Origin: Bacillota bacterium
Lineage (GTDB): Bacteria; Bacillota; Limnochordia; DTU087
NCBI GenBank assembly: GCA_012519025.1
Contig: JAAYQZ010000032.1
Coordinates: 7 to 64,006 of the forward strand
Length of the DNA stretch: 64,000 nucleotides
Direction: 5' to 3'
Of this stretch, positions 1 through 9,439 are shown in pieces. Within the stretch, counting starts at the first letter, position 1; each line of letters starts with the position of its first letter. The position numbers and the translations under genes are program-made. The notes below the pieces were generated by a model. The model saw nothing but the letters and a program-made list of their open reading frames with translations. It made no database searches and was not told where the DNA came from.

Positions 1-316
1 AAGACGCTGTGATTGTACGTAGACCTACAGGGATGTCGTACAAAGTGAAGTCACCATATTTGTCAGTAGTAGCAGCTTTACGGGTGTTATCTGCAGTTAC
101 ACTAGCGCCTTTTAACGGAATATAGTCGTGGTCTTGTGTGTCAGGTGGTCCAATTATCAGCTTGCTATTTTTTATATCTCCCTTTGGTGCAACGACCTTT
201 CCCCTAACCCCTCCCGTCGGTACAGACCCACCTCCCCCAAAACAACCTCCCAGCGCCGTCATCATCCCCAAAATGACAATAAACAGGCTCCACTTACCCC
301 ACTGACTGTTCTTCAT
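1..316 (-). CDS. putative lipoprotein, partial (C-terminus outside window)
   Basis: Absent from the ORF track because it runs off the window edge. A reverse-strand ATG at 316, preceded by a GGGGGG RBS-like run, opens MKNSQWGKWSLFIVILGMMTALGGCFGGGGSVPTGG... This is a signal peptide with a lipobox-like LGGC. A beta-rich segment follows (KYGDFTLYDIPVGLRTI). Confidence 0.55.
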   Translation of the reverse strand, partial: MKNSQWGKWSLFIVILGMMTALGGCFGGGGSVPTGGVRGKVVAPKGDIKNSKLIIGPPDTQDHDYIPLKGASVTADNTRKAATTDKYGDFTLYDIPVGLRTITAS

Positions 317-548
317 TTCCCGCCCCCCTAGTTTTCGTCTTGCCAACATGTCCATATGGGATTTTTATGTGATGATTCCTAATTCTATGCAGGGAGGTAA
401 TCACCTTGCATGTTTTAGTCGATGGTGGAGCTGATCGTTGATGGTGCAAAGAGCCCGATGATATCCGTTGGGATGGTATACAGTGAGTAAGTGCAGACAT
501 AGGATAAATTTAGCACGTAGAGAATGTATGTTTTAAGAGGTGGGGGAA

Positions 549-1892
549 ATGTCGAGAACTGTGCGGTTTTTGCATACTGCGGATATACATTTGGGAATCC
601 CGGTGCAGGGGTTTTCCGGTGCGGCAAAGCATGTTGAGGACATGCTGCGGGAAGCCAGTTTCCTTGCATGGGAGCGAATCTGTGATGCTGCCATAACTTG
701 TGATGTGGATTTTGTGCTAGTTGCCGGGGACTTGTACCATGAAGAAGCCCGTACAGTGAGAGCAGTGCGATTTTTTAAAGAGCAAGTAGAGCGTTTAGCT
801 GAGGTCGGTATTAATGTATATGCGGTATATGGTAACCACGATCCCGTCGGCAAAGAGCAAAGTATATTGGATATGCCGGAAAACTTCTATGCATTCCCCG
901 CTTCCCATGGGGAGTGCATAGAAGTTCATGATAGCAGCGGTACAGCGCTTGCCAGAGTACTAGGTGTGTCTTATCAAAGGCGTTGGGACTCCCGACGATT
1001 ACACAGCATGTTGCGACCGGAAGATGGTGCTTTGCCTAATATTGCTCTACTGCACACAGCCCTAGAGCCAGGCAATTCCAGATATGCCCCCTGTAGTGTT
1101 GAGGATCTGACTGATCAGGAATATGTGCATTACTGGGCTTTGGGCCATGTGCATGAACCCCGTGTTGTTAGGGATAAAATGCCGGTTATTGCCTACCCCG
1201 GTACACCCCAGGGGCGCCATATTCGTGAAGGCGGTGTTGGCGGCTGCTTTTTGGTGGAACTGGGACTCAATAAGACTCCAAATATGCGATTTATTCCGAT
1301 TGGGCCTTTAGTATGGCAAGAAATTGAACTATCCACAGCGGAAGGTGATGCTCACACCCTTATTTACAATATAAGTGATGTAGAAAGGCTGCTGGAAGGC
1401 AAGGCGGAAGCATTTTTAGAAAACCCTATGATAAACACACCGGTGCCTTTAGCCGATTATGATTGGAATCCGGATGGGTATTTGATCCGTTGGGTGTTGA
1501 CGGGAAGAAGTCCGGTACATGAGCATTTGATCGGAAACAGTGATGATCTTGACCTAGCAAGGTGTTTGGATGAGTTTCAGTATAGAGAACCGTTTTTGTG
1601 GACAGAATCCATTCGCATTGAAACCGGAAGAATTCTGCCGGGGTGGGAGAAAATGCTGGAAACTTGGCCTTTAGCCCAAAAACTTGAATCGATTGCCGAT
1701 GCCCTTTTAAATGATGACAGTCTCAGGGACAAGCTTCAGGAGAGTCTTGGTGAGATTTGGGATCTTAATTACGATCCGGAACATCCCAAAGATACTGTAC
1801 TGCCCGGCAATAGGGAGGCAGTTGAGACCATTATAAAGCAGGCCAAGTATTTGGTCTATGAGAAGCTGCTGGAGGGGGGAGGCGGCCCGTGA
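549..1892 (+). CDS. Mre11/SbcD-family metallophosphoesterase (DNA repair exonuclease, YhaO-like)
   Basis: N-terminal calcineurin-like phosphoesterase motifs FLHTADIHLG, VAGDLYH, GNHD and GHVH. The ORF track starts at GTG 540, but ATG 549 sits 6 nt after GAGGTG. The stop overlaps the next gene (GTGA at 1889). Confidence 0.85.
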   Translation: MSRTVRFLHTADIHLGIPVQGFSGAAKHVEDMLREASFLAWERICDAAITCDVDFVLVAGDLYHEEARTVRAVRFFKEQVERLAEVGINVYAVYGNHDPVGKEQSILDMPENFYAFPASHGECIEVHDSSGTALARVLGVSYQRRWDSRRLHSMLRPEDGALPNIALLHTALEPGNSRYAPCSVEDLTDQEYVHYWALGHVHEPRVVRDKMPVIAYPGTPQGRHIREGGVGGCFLVELGLNKTPNMRFIPIGPLVWQEIELSTAEGDAHTLIYNISDVERLLEGKAEAFLENPMINTPVPLADYDWNPDGYLIRWVLTGRSPVHEHLIGNSDDLDLARCLDEFQYREPFLWTESIRIETGRILPGWEKMLETWPLAQKLESIADALLNDDSLRDKLQESLGEIWDLNYDPEHPKDTVLPGNREAVETIIKQAKYLVYEKLLEGGGGP

Positions 1893-4762
1893 AGATCCTC
1901 AGACTTCATATAGGCGATTTCGGCATTATCAGGAACCAGACCCTGGCTCCCCTAGGTGAGGGCCTTGTGGTGATCGGGGGGGCCAATCGCGCGGGAAAAA
2001 CTACTTTCATGCAAGTTTTGCGCTATTTGGGTTATGGATTGCCCAAAAGAGATGATCTGCCGCCACCGACACATGAATACAACGTAGAGGCATCCATTGG
2101 ATTGGGACAAGATATTTGGGAGCTGCGCCTACAGGGGCATGCGGATCCTAAGGCAGCAGGCCCCGAAGGTCAGGTAGTTGACGGTTCGGTCCTTTTTGGC
2201 GATCTTGACATGTTTTCCTATCATCAGCTGTTTACCATCAGCCTTGATGAATTGAGACTTTTGCCTGTAGGTGTTAAACCCAGCGAAAGCAGCAGACTGC
2301 AGTCGATACTTTTAGGGGCCGGTCTCAGCGACATTGCCCGCGTTCCAGAGATTATCAAGGGGCTGGATGGAAAAGCCCGTGCCATCGGTGCAGGATATGG
2401 AAGGCCCAATGTGGCCCAATTTAAACCCTACTATAATACTATTGCGGAATGTGTAAGCCAAAAGGAGCAGGCCCTAGCCAAACAGGGAGAGTATAGAAGC
2501 TTACAAGAAGAGTTTGCCCATACGAAAACAGTGTTGGCGAAAGCGCGCCGCAAACTTGCCTTGGCTGAACGTGATAAAATTCTTAAAGAGATCCTTTTGC
2601 ACAATTATAATGATTACACCAGTTGGATGGACCTGGATGTCAGACTGTCCGATAATTATGTCTCGAACATCTTAGCATACTGGCCTGAAGGGCTTTTAAA
2701 TAAAGCAAAACTGTTGGAAGATGCGTATTTGGCGGCACTTGATGGGTACAACGAAGAGTTTGCCTTTTTGGAGCAAGCTACCGTTCATTTGAACTTAAGG
2801 CAGCAATCCGTAAAGCAGTGGCAAACAGCAATTTTACATAAAGCCCAAGATGTGGAATATGCTTTTAGGCGGCTTTCGGGCGTGGAGACCTCTATTGGCA
2901 TAATTGAACGCGCTAATTTGGAGATTGATGCTGAAAAGCGCCGATTAGAAGTTGATATAGATGACATAAATGTGGACTGGCAGGGGGATTTTGATTGTGT
3001 TAGTGAAGCAATCAAGCAAGTTGATCAAGAAAACTTGATAAAGCTAATAAAAGACAGCCGGGTGATTACAGAAGCACGCAATATTTGTCAGGAGCTGACC
3101 CACATGGCAAGCCGCCAAGGTCCTGCGGGGTTGCGGTTTTATTGGGTTATGGCCTTTTTGACTGCAATATCCGGATTAATAATCGGTTATTTCCAACCTC
3201 TGTTGGGAACAGGGGTAATGGTGATCGGGGCGGTGGGGCTGGGGGTTTATGCTGTCTACACGAAAGCCGCCTTTTCGGGCAACAGCACGGCACAGCAGGG
3301 GCTGTACCGCCGCTTGGTGGAGTGCAACAGCGAACTGGGTTTAAGCTTGGGTGATTTGGACGCGGCCCGCAGCTTGGCCGTGATTGCAGAAAAAGAACAG
3401 GAAGTTAAAACACAGTTGGACACATACCGGATGTTTTTGGGTTTGGGGGAGGCGGCAGAGTTAGATACATATACAGCCAGGTACGAAGGTATCAAAAGGC
3501 TGTATGAACGCATACGAGCTTTATCCCGGCAACAGGAGAAGCTGGACTCGGATCTTGCTGCACTTCAGCCGATATTGACGGATATGCACGGCTTGGTTTT
3601 TGATCTTGGATGGAGGCTGCCCTCACCGCAGGCTGCTTTAAATTATTTCCACCAATTGGCTGCCCTAATTGAGCAGGCCCACAGTAATTTGAAAAGGGCA
3701 CAGGCTATAGATCAAGCTGAGCATAAAATAGGAGACATCGAAGCAGAGATAACCGCTTTAGTCGCAAAATGTGAAAACCTTTGCAGCGCCTTGCCCGGGT
3801 TTAAGGAATCCAATTTGGCTCTGTGGTTGGAAAAGGCCATTGAGACTGGGAAACAACATCAGCAATATGTGGAACTTGCAAAACAAAAAGAGGCACTTGA
3901 AAAACGCATACTGCATTCACTGGGAGAAAGAGGTCTTGATGCCCTAGAGTCGTATGCCAAAGGCGGAGCTGCAGAGATTCAACCGGATCACGTGATTGAC
4001 AGGCTGGAACTGCTGAGAGGGCTTTATGGCACCTATTTATCTAGAGATGACTTAGAAGAAGCCAGGATGAAAACTCAACAAGAAATAGATGCATTGGTGG
4101 GGGAAATCGAGCAATTGACGACAAGGCGTGATCATTTAGCCCGCACTTTAAAAACGCTTGATACCGATGAAAGCCTTGAAAGGGCGCAGTATCGAATTGA
4201 TGATGCACGGCGGTCTCTTGAAACACTGGCATTCGAATACAGTATCAACCGCACAGCTATACTCATGCTCGAAATGCTTCGGACTGAATTCATTCGGGAA
4301 GTGCAGGACGATCTTTTAGCAAAATCCAGTGAAATATTCCGGGAAATGACCGGTGGCGATTATAAGGTAATCTCTCCTCCCGGTGAAATTACTGAAGCAG
4401 GTTTTCAGGTGGCGGCAGCAGGGGAGTGCGGAGTTTTACCGAAAATGCTGAGTCGGGCAACTGCCGAACAGCTGTTTCTATCGGTTCGTTTGGGTCGAAT
4501 TCAAGAAATAGAGCCCCCTTTGCCGATCATTTTAGATGATTGTTTGGTAAATTTTGATCCCCGTCATGCTTATCAGGCTGTGCATACGTTGACAGAACTT
4601 GCCCGGCGTCATCAGGTATTTGTTTTGACATGTCACCCTGAGTTGGTGGCTATGGTTTGTGAAACCGGGGGAGAAGATGCAGACTATTGGCAGCTGGAAG
4701 AAGGTGTGTTTTCCAGAAGCGATGGGCAAAAACTGGTGGATTATCTAAGCAGAAGATCATGA
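1889..4762 (+). CDS. SbcC/YhaN-like AAA ATPase with long coiled coil and central membrane hairpin
   Basis: Walker A GGANRAGKTT near the N-terminus and Walker B-like PIILDDCLVNFD near the C-terminus. The middle is long and heptad-rich. Two hydrophobic helices (FYWVMAFLTAISGLIIGYF / GVMVIGAVGLGVYAVY) lie at about nt 3130-3262. Translationally coupled to the nuclease gene. Confidence 0.8.
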   Translation: MKILRLHIGDFGIIRNQTLAPLGEGLVVIGGANRAGKTTFMQVLRYLGYGLPKRDDLPPPTHEYNVEASIGLGQDIWELRLQGHADPKAAGPEGQVVDGSVLFGDLDMFSYHQLFTISLDELRLLPVGVKPSESSRLQSILLGAGLSDIARVPEIIKGLDGKARAIGAGYGRPNVAQFKPYYNTIAECVSQKEQALAKQGEYRSLQEEFAHTKTVLAKARRKLALAERDKILKEILLHNYNDYTSWMDLDVRLSDNYVSNILAYWPEGLLNKAKLLEDAYLAALDGYNEEFAFLEQATVHLNLRQQSVKQWQTAILHKAQDVEYAFRRLSGVETSIGIIERANLEIDAEKRRLEVDIDDINVDWQGDFDCVSEAIKQVDQENLIKLIKDSRVITEARNICQELTHMASRQGPAGLRFYWVMAFLTAISGLIIGYFQPLLGTGVMVIGAVGLGVYAVYTKAAFSGNSTAQQGLYRRLVECNSELGLSLGDLDAARSLAVIAEKEQEVKTQLDTYRMFLGLGEAAELDTYTARYEGIKRLYERIRALSRQQEKLDSDLAALQPILTDMHGLVFDLGWRLPSPQAALNYFHQLAALIEQAHSNLKRAQAIDQAEHKIGDIEAEITALVAKCENLCSALPGFKESNLALWLEKAIETGKQHQQYVELAKQKEALEKRILHSLGERGLDALESYAKGGAAEIQPDHVIDRLELLRGLYGTYLSRDDLEEARMKTQQEIDALVGEIEQLTTRRDHLARTLKTLDTDESLERAQYRIDDARRSLETLAFEYSINRTAILMLEMLRTEFIREVQDDLLAKSSEIFREMTGGDYKVISPPGEITEAGFQVAAAGECGVLPKMLSRATAEQLFLSVRLGRIQEIEPPLPIILDDCLVNFDPRHAYQAVHTLTELARRHQVFVLTCHPELVAMVCETGGEDADYWQLEEGVFSRSDGQKLVDYLSRRS

Positions 4763-4793
4763 AATCGAAAAGTTTGTTAGGGGGTTTTCTTTG

Positions 4794-5921
4794 ATGGGCA
4801 AACAGATTAAGCCTTGCAGACCTAAGTGGGCGGGGATGATGACTGATCGCGAGCGGTTTAACAATCAGATGTTTTACAAACCAGTAGACAGATCATTTAA
4901 TATGGAGTTTGGTTATTGGGATGAAAACTTCCAGCTTTGGGATATATTTGTGGAAAACGGCATCACCACTAACGAAGAAGCCGACATTTTCTTCAACTTT
5001 GATCAGTTCAAAGTACTCAGTGGGAATGTGTGGATGAGCCCGCCTTTTTCAGAAACTGTTGTCCAAGAAACAGCAAACACAAAGATTTTGATCAACGAAG
5101 ATGGGCTGCTGGCAGAGGTTCCAAAGGATGCCCATGACACTATTCCCCGCTATATAGAATCTTCCATTGTTACACCGGCAGATTGGCGGGAGGTCAAAGC
5201 CCGGCGTTTTCAGCGAGATGACCCGGCTCGCATAGTCGATTTTGACTCCCTAAAGGCAGCACATGGGCCTGGGCGAAATTATCCACTTGGGGTTGATTGC
5301 GGGTCTATGATCGGCCGCATCCGCAATATGCTTACATTTGAAGGGTTGGCTTATGCCATGTACGATTACCCTGATATGGTTGAAGACATGGTGGAAACCT
5401 GCTGTGTATTGGTGGAAGATTGGTTGGATCAGATACTGCCCCATATAGAATTTGATTTTGCCACCGGTTGGGAGGATATTTGTTTTAAAGGCGGGCCCAT
5501 TGTGTCGGTGGATTTTTTCAAAAACGTTGTAACTCCTCGTTATAAGCGCATCAATGAGAAACTCAAATCCCATGGAATAGAGCTTTGGTATACAGATTGT
5601 GATGGCGATGTAAGGCCGCTTTTGCCGCATTTTCTTGAAGGTGGGATCAACTGTCTTTTTCCCTATGAGGTAAACAGCTGTTCCCATCCGGCTGAACTGT
5701 TGGCGGAATATGGCAATGAGCTTAGGATCATGGGCGGAGTAGACAAGTTAGAACTGGGTAAAGGGCCTGACGCAATTCGCGCATACCTTGAGACACTGGT
5801 TCCTTTGGTGGAGCGAGGGGGTTATATTCCTTTTTGCGATCATCGCTGTCCACCCAATGTGACCCCGACAGATTATTTGTTTTATCTTGATCTAAAAGAA
5901 AAGATGTTTGGGTTGTCATGA
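4794..5921 (+). CDS. uroporphyrinogen decarboxylase (URO-D)-like family protein
   Basis: About 375 aa. Overall resemblance to the URO-D/MtaA-like TIM-barrel family often annotated in clostridial sugar loci (C-terminal ...GGYIPFCDHRCPPNV). No corrinoid protein is nearby. The family call is tentative. Confidence 0.55.
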   Translation: MGKQIKPCRPKWAGMMTDRERFNNQMFYKPVDRSFNMEFGYWDENFQLWDIFVENGITTNEEADIFFNFDQFKVLSGNVWMSPPFSETVVQETANTKILINEDGLLAEVPKDAHDTIPRYIESSIVTPADWREVKARRFQRDDPARIVDFDSLKAAHGPGRNYPLGVDCGSMIGRIRNMLTFEGLAYAMYDYPDMVEDMVETCCVLVEDWLDQILPHIEFDFATGWEDICFKGGPIVSVDFFKNVVTPRYKRINEKLKSHGIELWYTDCDGDVRPLLPHFLEGGINCLFPYEVNSCSHPAELLAEYGNELRIMGGVDKLELGKGPDAIRAYLETLVPLVERGGYIPFCDHRCPPNVTPTDYLFYLDLKEKMFGLS

Positions 5922-6298
5922 AAGGCGCGTCTAAACAGCTTGTTGGGCTTGTCATCTACAGTGTAGTAATATTCATTTTGGCTGTTATACCACCAGTGGG
6001 TGTAAGTGTTCAGCGGGGAAATATGGTCTTTAAACTGCATCATATTGCAGCTTTTATGTTCCATGTGATCTTTGTCTGGATGCATTTGAACGATAGTTTT
6101 CCCACACATCGTTATTTAGCTTTTGGTATTTCATTTGTTTTTGGAGTGCTGATTGAGTTTGTGCAGGTTTTCTTGCCCTATCGAACCGGAAGTATACAGG
6201 ATTTAGTGCAAAACGCACTTGGTATAGTTATTGGGTTGGGAGTGGTTTATTTAGGCCAAAAAGCCGGTGTGTTTTATCGGGCAAGGCGGGACTTTTGA
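5918..6298 (+). CDS. VanZ-like membrane protein
   Basis: 126 aa with four hydrophobic segments and a VanZ-like motif (FLPYRTGSIQDLVQNALGIVIG). ATGA overlap with the upstream gene. Confidence 0.65.
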   Translation: MKGASKQLVGLVIYSVVIFILAVIPPVGVSVQRGNMVFKLHHIAAFMFHVIFVWMHLNDSFPTHRYLAFGISFVFGVLIEFVQVFLPYRTGSIQDLVQNALGIVIGLGVVYLGQKAGVFYRARRDF

Positions 6299-6347
6299 CG
6301 CGGATTGGGTTACCTATTAGCAATTAGAACTGCAAAGGAGATGACTG

Positions 6348-7097
6348 ATGAAACTTGTTGCCTTAGATCTAGATGGGACCTTACTTGATTTTGGCGGCGG
6401 TATCGCCAATCGGACGCTTCAGGAGATGCGGCGCTTATATGGAAACGGGGTATGTATGGCCATTGCTACAGGCAGGCCATATAGAACCACATTAGAGATA
6501 CTCGGTGAAAATGGTCTAGAGCTAAGTGATGGATTTCCGCAGATGCTTATATGTGATGAGCGGGAAGCATATTTTCTTGAAGACGGCCGCTACAGGTCAT
6601 GGACTCCTTGGAATAATGATGCTTACCGGTTTGAATTGGCTTTGCTTCCCATAAGTCAGAAAATAGTTGATGAAATGGCACAGGAGCACAGCAGCGAATT
6701 TCTGGTAAATAATATCTTTGCACAGCAAACACGGGGTTTTATAGAGGTTTTCTACGGTTCCAAAGCAGAAGCAGAATCCGCATTTCCCTTTTTCGTTGAA
6801 AAGCTTCAAAACACGCCCATTAAACCTGTACGCAACAATCGGTTAATCGCTTTTCGTTGGCGGGAGGTGGGTAAGGAACTGATTTTGTCCAAAGTTGCAG
6901 ACAGATTTGGGATTCCGTCCCACAGAATTTTAGCGGTGGGGGATTCCTACAACGATATAGGTATGCTGACTCGGTTTAATGCTGCCACCACTGAAAATGC
7001 CGATGAGGAAGTCAAAGCTGTCGTTAGAAAAAAGGGCGGGTTTGTAGCGTCTAGTTCATACAGCCTGGGAGTAGCTGAATTGCTGGCCGATATATAG
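6348..7097 (+). CDS. Cof-type HAD-IIB family hydrolase (sugar phosphatase-like)
   Basis: HAD motif I (LDLDGTLL) and motif IV (GDSYNDIGML). AAGGAG RBS upstream of the ATG. Confidence 0.85.
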   Translation: MKLVALDLDGTLLDFGGGIANRTLQEMRRLYGNGVCMAIATGRPYRTTLEILGENGLELSDGFPQMLICDEREAYFLEDGRYRSWTPWNNDAYRFELALLPISQKIVDEMAQEHSSEFLVNNIFAQQTRGFIEVFYGSKAEAESAFPFFVEKLQNTPIKPVRNNRLIAFRWREVGKELILSKVADRFGIPSHRILAVGDSYNDIGMLTRFNAATTENADEEVKAVVRKKGGFVASSSYSLGVAELLADI

Positions 7098-7150
7098 GCT
7101 TTTAGGCCTGAGATTGGGTTCAGACGGGTTATTTAGCCTATTGGTACCTT

Positions 7151-7179
7151 TTGCCATTTGGCCCGATTAATGGTAATAT
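7151..7179 (+). promoter_or_regulatory. putative sigma-A promoter for the EIIC-EAL gene
   Basis: TTGCCA (7151-7156), a 17-nt spacer ending in TGg (extended -10), then TAATAT (7174-7179). It lies about 65 nt upstream of the GTG at 7246. Confidence 0.4.
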
Positions 7180-7245
7180 AAGAGCGTCTGCAGAATTTGT
7201 AAGTAGGAGAGTATGCCAATACAATACAGCAGGTAGAGAATATTC

Positions 7246-9426
7246 GTGCAAACAAAAGACAATAAATTCATGACATGGCTTTATCAAAAGCTAAATACAC
7301 TTAACAGGCAGCGACATCTCTACTCTATTCGCACCGCCTTTATAGCCACCATGCCCATCATGATCGTTGGGGCTTACGCCGTTGTGTTCAACCAGCTTCC
7401 TATAGCGGCTTACCAAGAGTTTATGGTCGGTGTGTTTGGTGAGCGCTGGCACATCTTTGGTGAACTGGCCTTCAATGCCACCACCCAAATTGCAACACTG
7501 ATGGTGGCTTTTTTGTTACCCTGCAATTTAGCGCGGTGGTATAACTCCAATAGAGCTGTACAAGCTCATGAAGGTATATGCGGCACAGTGGCTTTGGCTT
7601 CTTATATGGCTGTTTCTTTGCCAGTGGAGGGAGCAAATGCCCTGTGCTTCGGCATTGTGGGTGTTAACGGACTGTTTGTGGCCATTGTAGTTTCCCTTAT
7701 TGCGGGCGAAGCCATGATCCGCCTTGCCTGCTCTCGGAGGAACACAGAGCTGCTTTCCGATGATCCGAATATGGCAGTTCCACAATCGTTTGCTTCGATC
7801 TTGCCGGCTGTTCTTGTGATTGGCAGCTTTGTACTTTTGCGAACTGTTGTTGTAAAGTTGGGGATTCCCGATGGATTCACCGACATTTTAAACAATTTTT
7901 GGCGGCTGCCATATCGTGGGGATTCGGCGGGGACCGCGATTTTATATAATGTTTCCACCCATTTTATGTGGTTGTTCGGGATTCACGGCAACAATGTATT
8001 AGATGAAGTTGCACAAACCGTTTTTGTGCCGGCGATGGAGGCCAATGTTGCAGCCGCGGCAGCCGGTATGCCGGCCCCCAATCTTGTCACAAAAACTCTT
8101 TTTGACACTTTCGTGTATATGGGTGGCAGCGGTACGACGCTCGCGCTTTTAGTTGCCCTTTTGTTGTTTGGACGAGGCCGCAACCAGCGCACCATGATGA
8201 AGTACGCTTTGCCCAACTCCATGCTAAATATTAATGAGCCGGTTATTTTTGGGATACCGATCGCCCTCAATCCCTTTTATGCCATTCCTTTTGTGCTTAC
8301 TCCGGTTGTTATGTTTTTTACTACAACTGCCGCCATGAAACTTGGTTTTGTTCCCTATACAATTGCAGATGTGCCTTGGTCAACACCGATTTTTATCAGT
8401 GGTTATACAGCCACCGGTTCAATTGCCGGTATCGTGATGCAGTTTATTAACCTAATCATTGCAGTGATGATCTATACCCCCTTTGTACGGCTATCGGAGA
8501 AAATGGCGCAGATGACTTTTTCCCAAGCATTCCAAGAATTGACCCAGTTGGTCACAGGCAGATACGATACTCCGGCCCTGCAGCTGACTACCAGGGTCGA
8601 TGGAATTGGTGCAGTTGCTCGCAACCTGGCGAATCAGTTGGATACTGCTATGGCAAAAGGGGACATATTCTTAAACTACCAGCCTATCGTTGATGTCCAA
8701 AACCGTAAGATAAACAGTGTGGAGGCTTTGCTTCGCTGGCGGCATCCTGAATTTGGAGCGGTCAACCCCATGGTCGCAGTTACACTAGCTGAAGAAACAG
8801 AACTTATCTCCACTTTGGGTATGTATATTTTCGAGCAAGCGATCAGCCAGCGAGCTGAATGGACGAAACAGGGGCTGGGGGATTTTCATGTATCTGTGAA
8901 TATTTCCACAAGACAGCTCAACGATCCCCAATTTTATCAGAAGGTGCTCGATATCCTTGCGCGGTTTGATGTTCCCGCCCATCAGCTGCAGGTGGAGATC
9001 ACCGAAGCTGCTGCTTTAGTGGAGAATGTTACAACCAACAATAATTTACAACAGCTCCATGACGCCGGTGCCACTATTGCCATGGACGACTTCGGAGTAG
9101 GGCATTCATCGCTGTTGTATTTGCGCACCCAGCCTATTACAACTCTAAAGATAGATGGTTCTTTAAGTCGCGATGTCGTAGAGAATCCGGCTAATCTAGA
9201 TATAATAGCCACTATTTATGATTTGAGTCGGTTGTTAAAGCTGGAAACTGTAGTGGAGTTTGTGGAAACAGAGGCACAGCTTGATAAGTTGATGACAGTC
9301 GGTTCTTTTTTGGTTCAAGGATATTTTTACTCACCTCCCTTGGCCGGCGACAAAATACCGGAGTTTTTCAGTGACTTTGATAAAAAGCTGATGAGCGAAG
9401 GGAAGTGTCCTGCATCAACGGAGTAA
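7246..9426 (+). CDS. PTS EIIC (lactose/cellobiose-type permease) domain fused to a C-terminal EAL c-di-GMP phosphodiesterase domain
   Basis: The N-terminal ~430 aa is polytopic and celB-like (IRTAFIATMPIMIVGAYAVVFNQLP, NINEPVIFGIPIALNP). The C-terminal ~260 aa has the full EAL catalytic set: EALLRW, VNIS, EITE, DDFGVGHSSL, LKIDGS, VVEFVETEAQ and QGYFYSPP. Confidence 0.85.
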   Translation: MQTKDNKFMTWLYQKLNTLNRQRHLYSIRTAFIATMPIMIVGAYAVVFNQLPIAAYQEFMVGVFGERWHIFGELAFNATTQIATLMVAFLLPCNLARWYNSNRAVQAHEGICGTVALASYMAVSLPVEGANALCFGIVGVNGLFVAIVVSLIAGEAMIRLACSRRNTELLSDDPNMAVPQSFASILPAVLVIGSFVLLRTVVVKLGIPDGFTDILNNFWRLPYRGDSAGTAILYNVSTHFMWLFGIHGNNVLDEVAQTVFVPAMEANVAAAAAGMPAPNLVTKTLFDTFVYMGGSGTTLALLVALLLFGRGRNQRTMMKYALPNSMLNINEPVIFGIPIALNPFYAIPFVLTPVVMFFTTTAAMKLGFVPYTIADVPWSTPIFISGYTATGSIAGIVMQFINLIIAVMIYTPFVRLSEKMAQMTFSQAFQELTQLVTGRYDTPALQLTTRVDGIGAVARNLANQLDTAMAKGDIFLNYQPIVDVQNRKINSVEALLRWRHPEFGAVNPMVAVTLAEETELISTLGMYIFEQAISQRAEWTKQGLGDFHVSVNISTRQLNDPQFYQKVLDILARFDVPAHQLQVEITEAAALVENVTTNNNLQQLHDAGATIAMDDFGVGHSSLLYLRTQPITTLKIDGSLSRDVVENPANLDIIATIYDLSRLLKLETVVEFVETEAQLDKLMTVGSFLVQGYFYSPPLAGDKIPEFFSDFDKKLMSEGKCPASTE

Positions 9427-9439
9427 TCGCCCGGGTGGT

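Noticed and set aside
128-331. 67-aa plus-strand ORF at the window start
   Set aside because: The opposite strand encodes a much better candidate, with signal peptide, lipobox and RBS. The plus-strand product is Pro/Ser/Thr-rich filler.
549-4762. The nuclease + AAA ATPase pair as an anti-phage defence island
   Set aside because: The architecture (Mre11-type phosphoesterase plus a coiled-coil ATPase with a membrane hairpin) matches the housekeeping YhaO/YhaN (SbcF/SbcE) type pair. There are no flanking mobile or defence genes.
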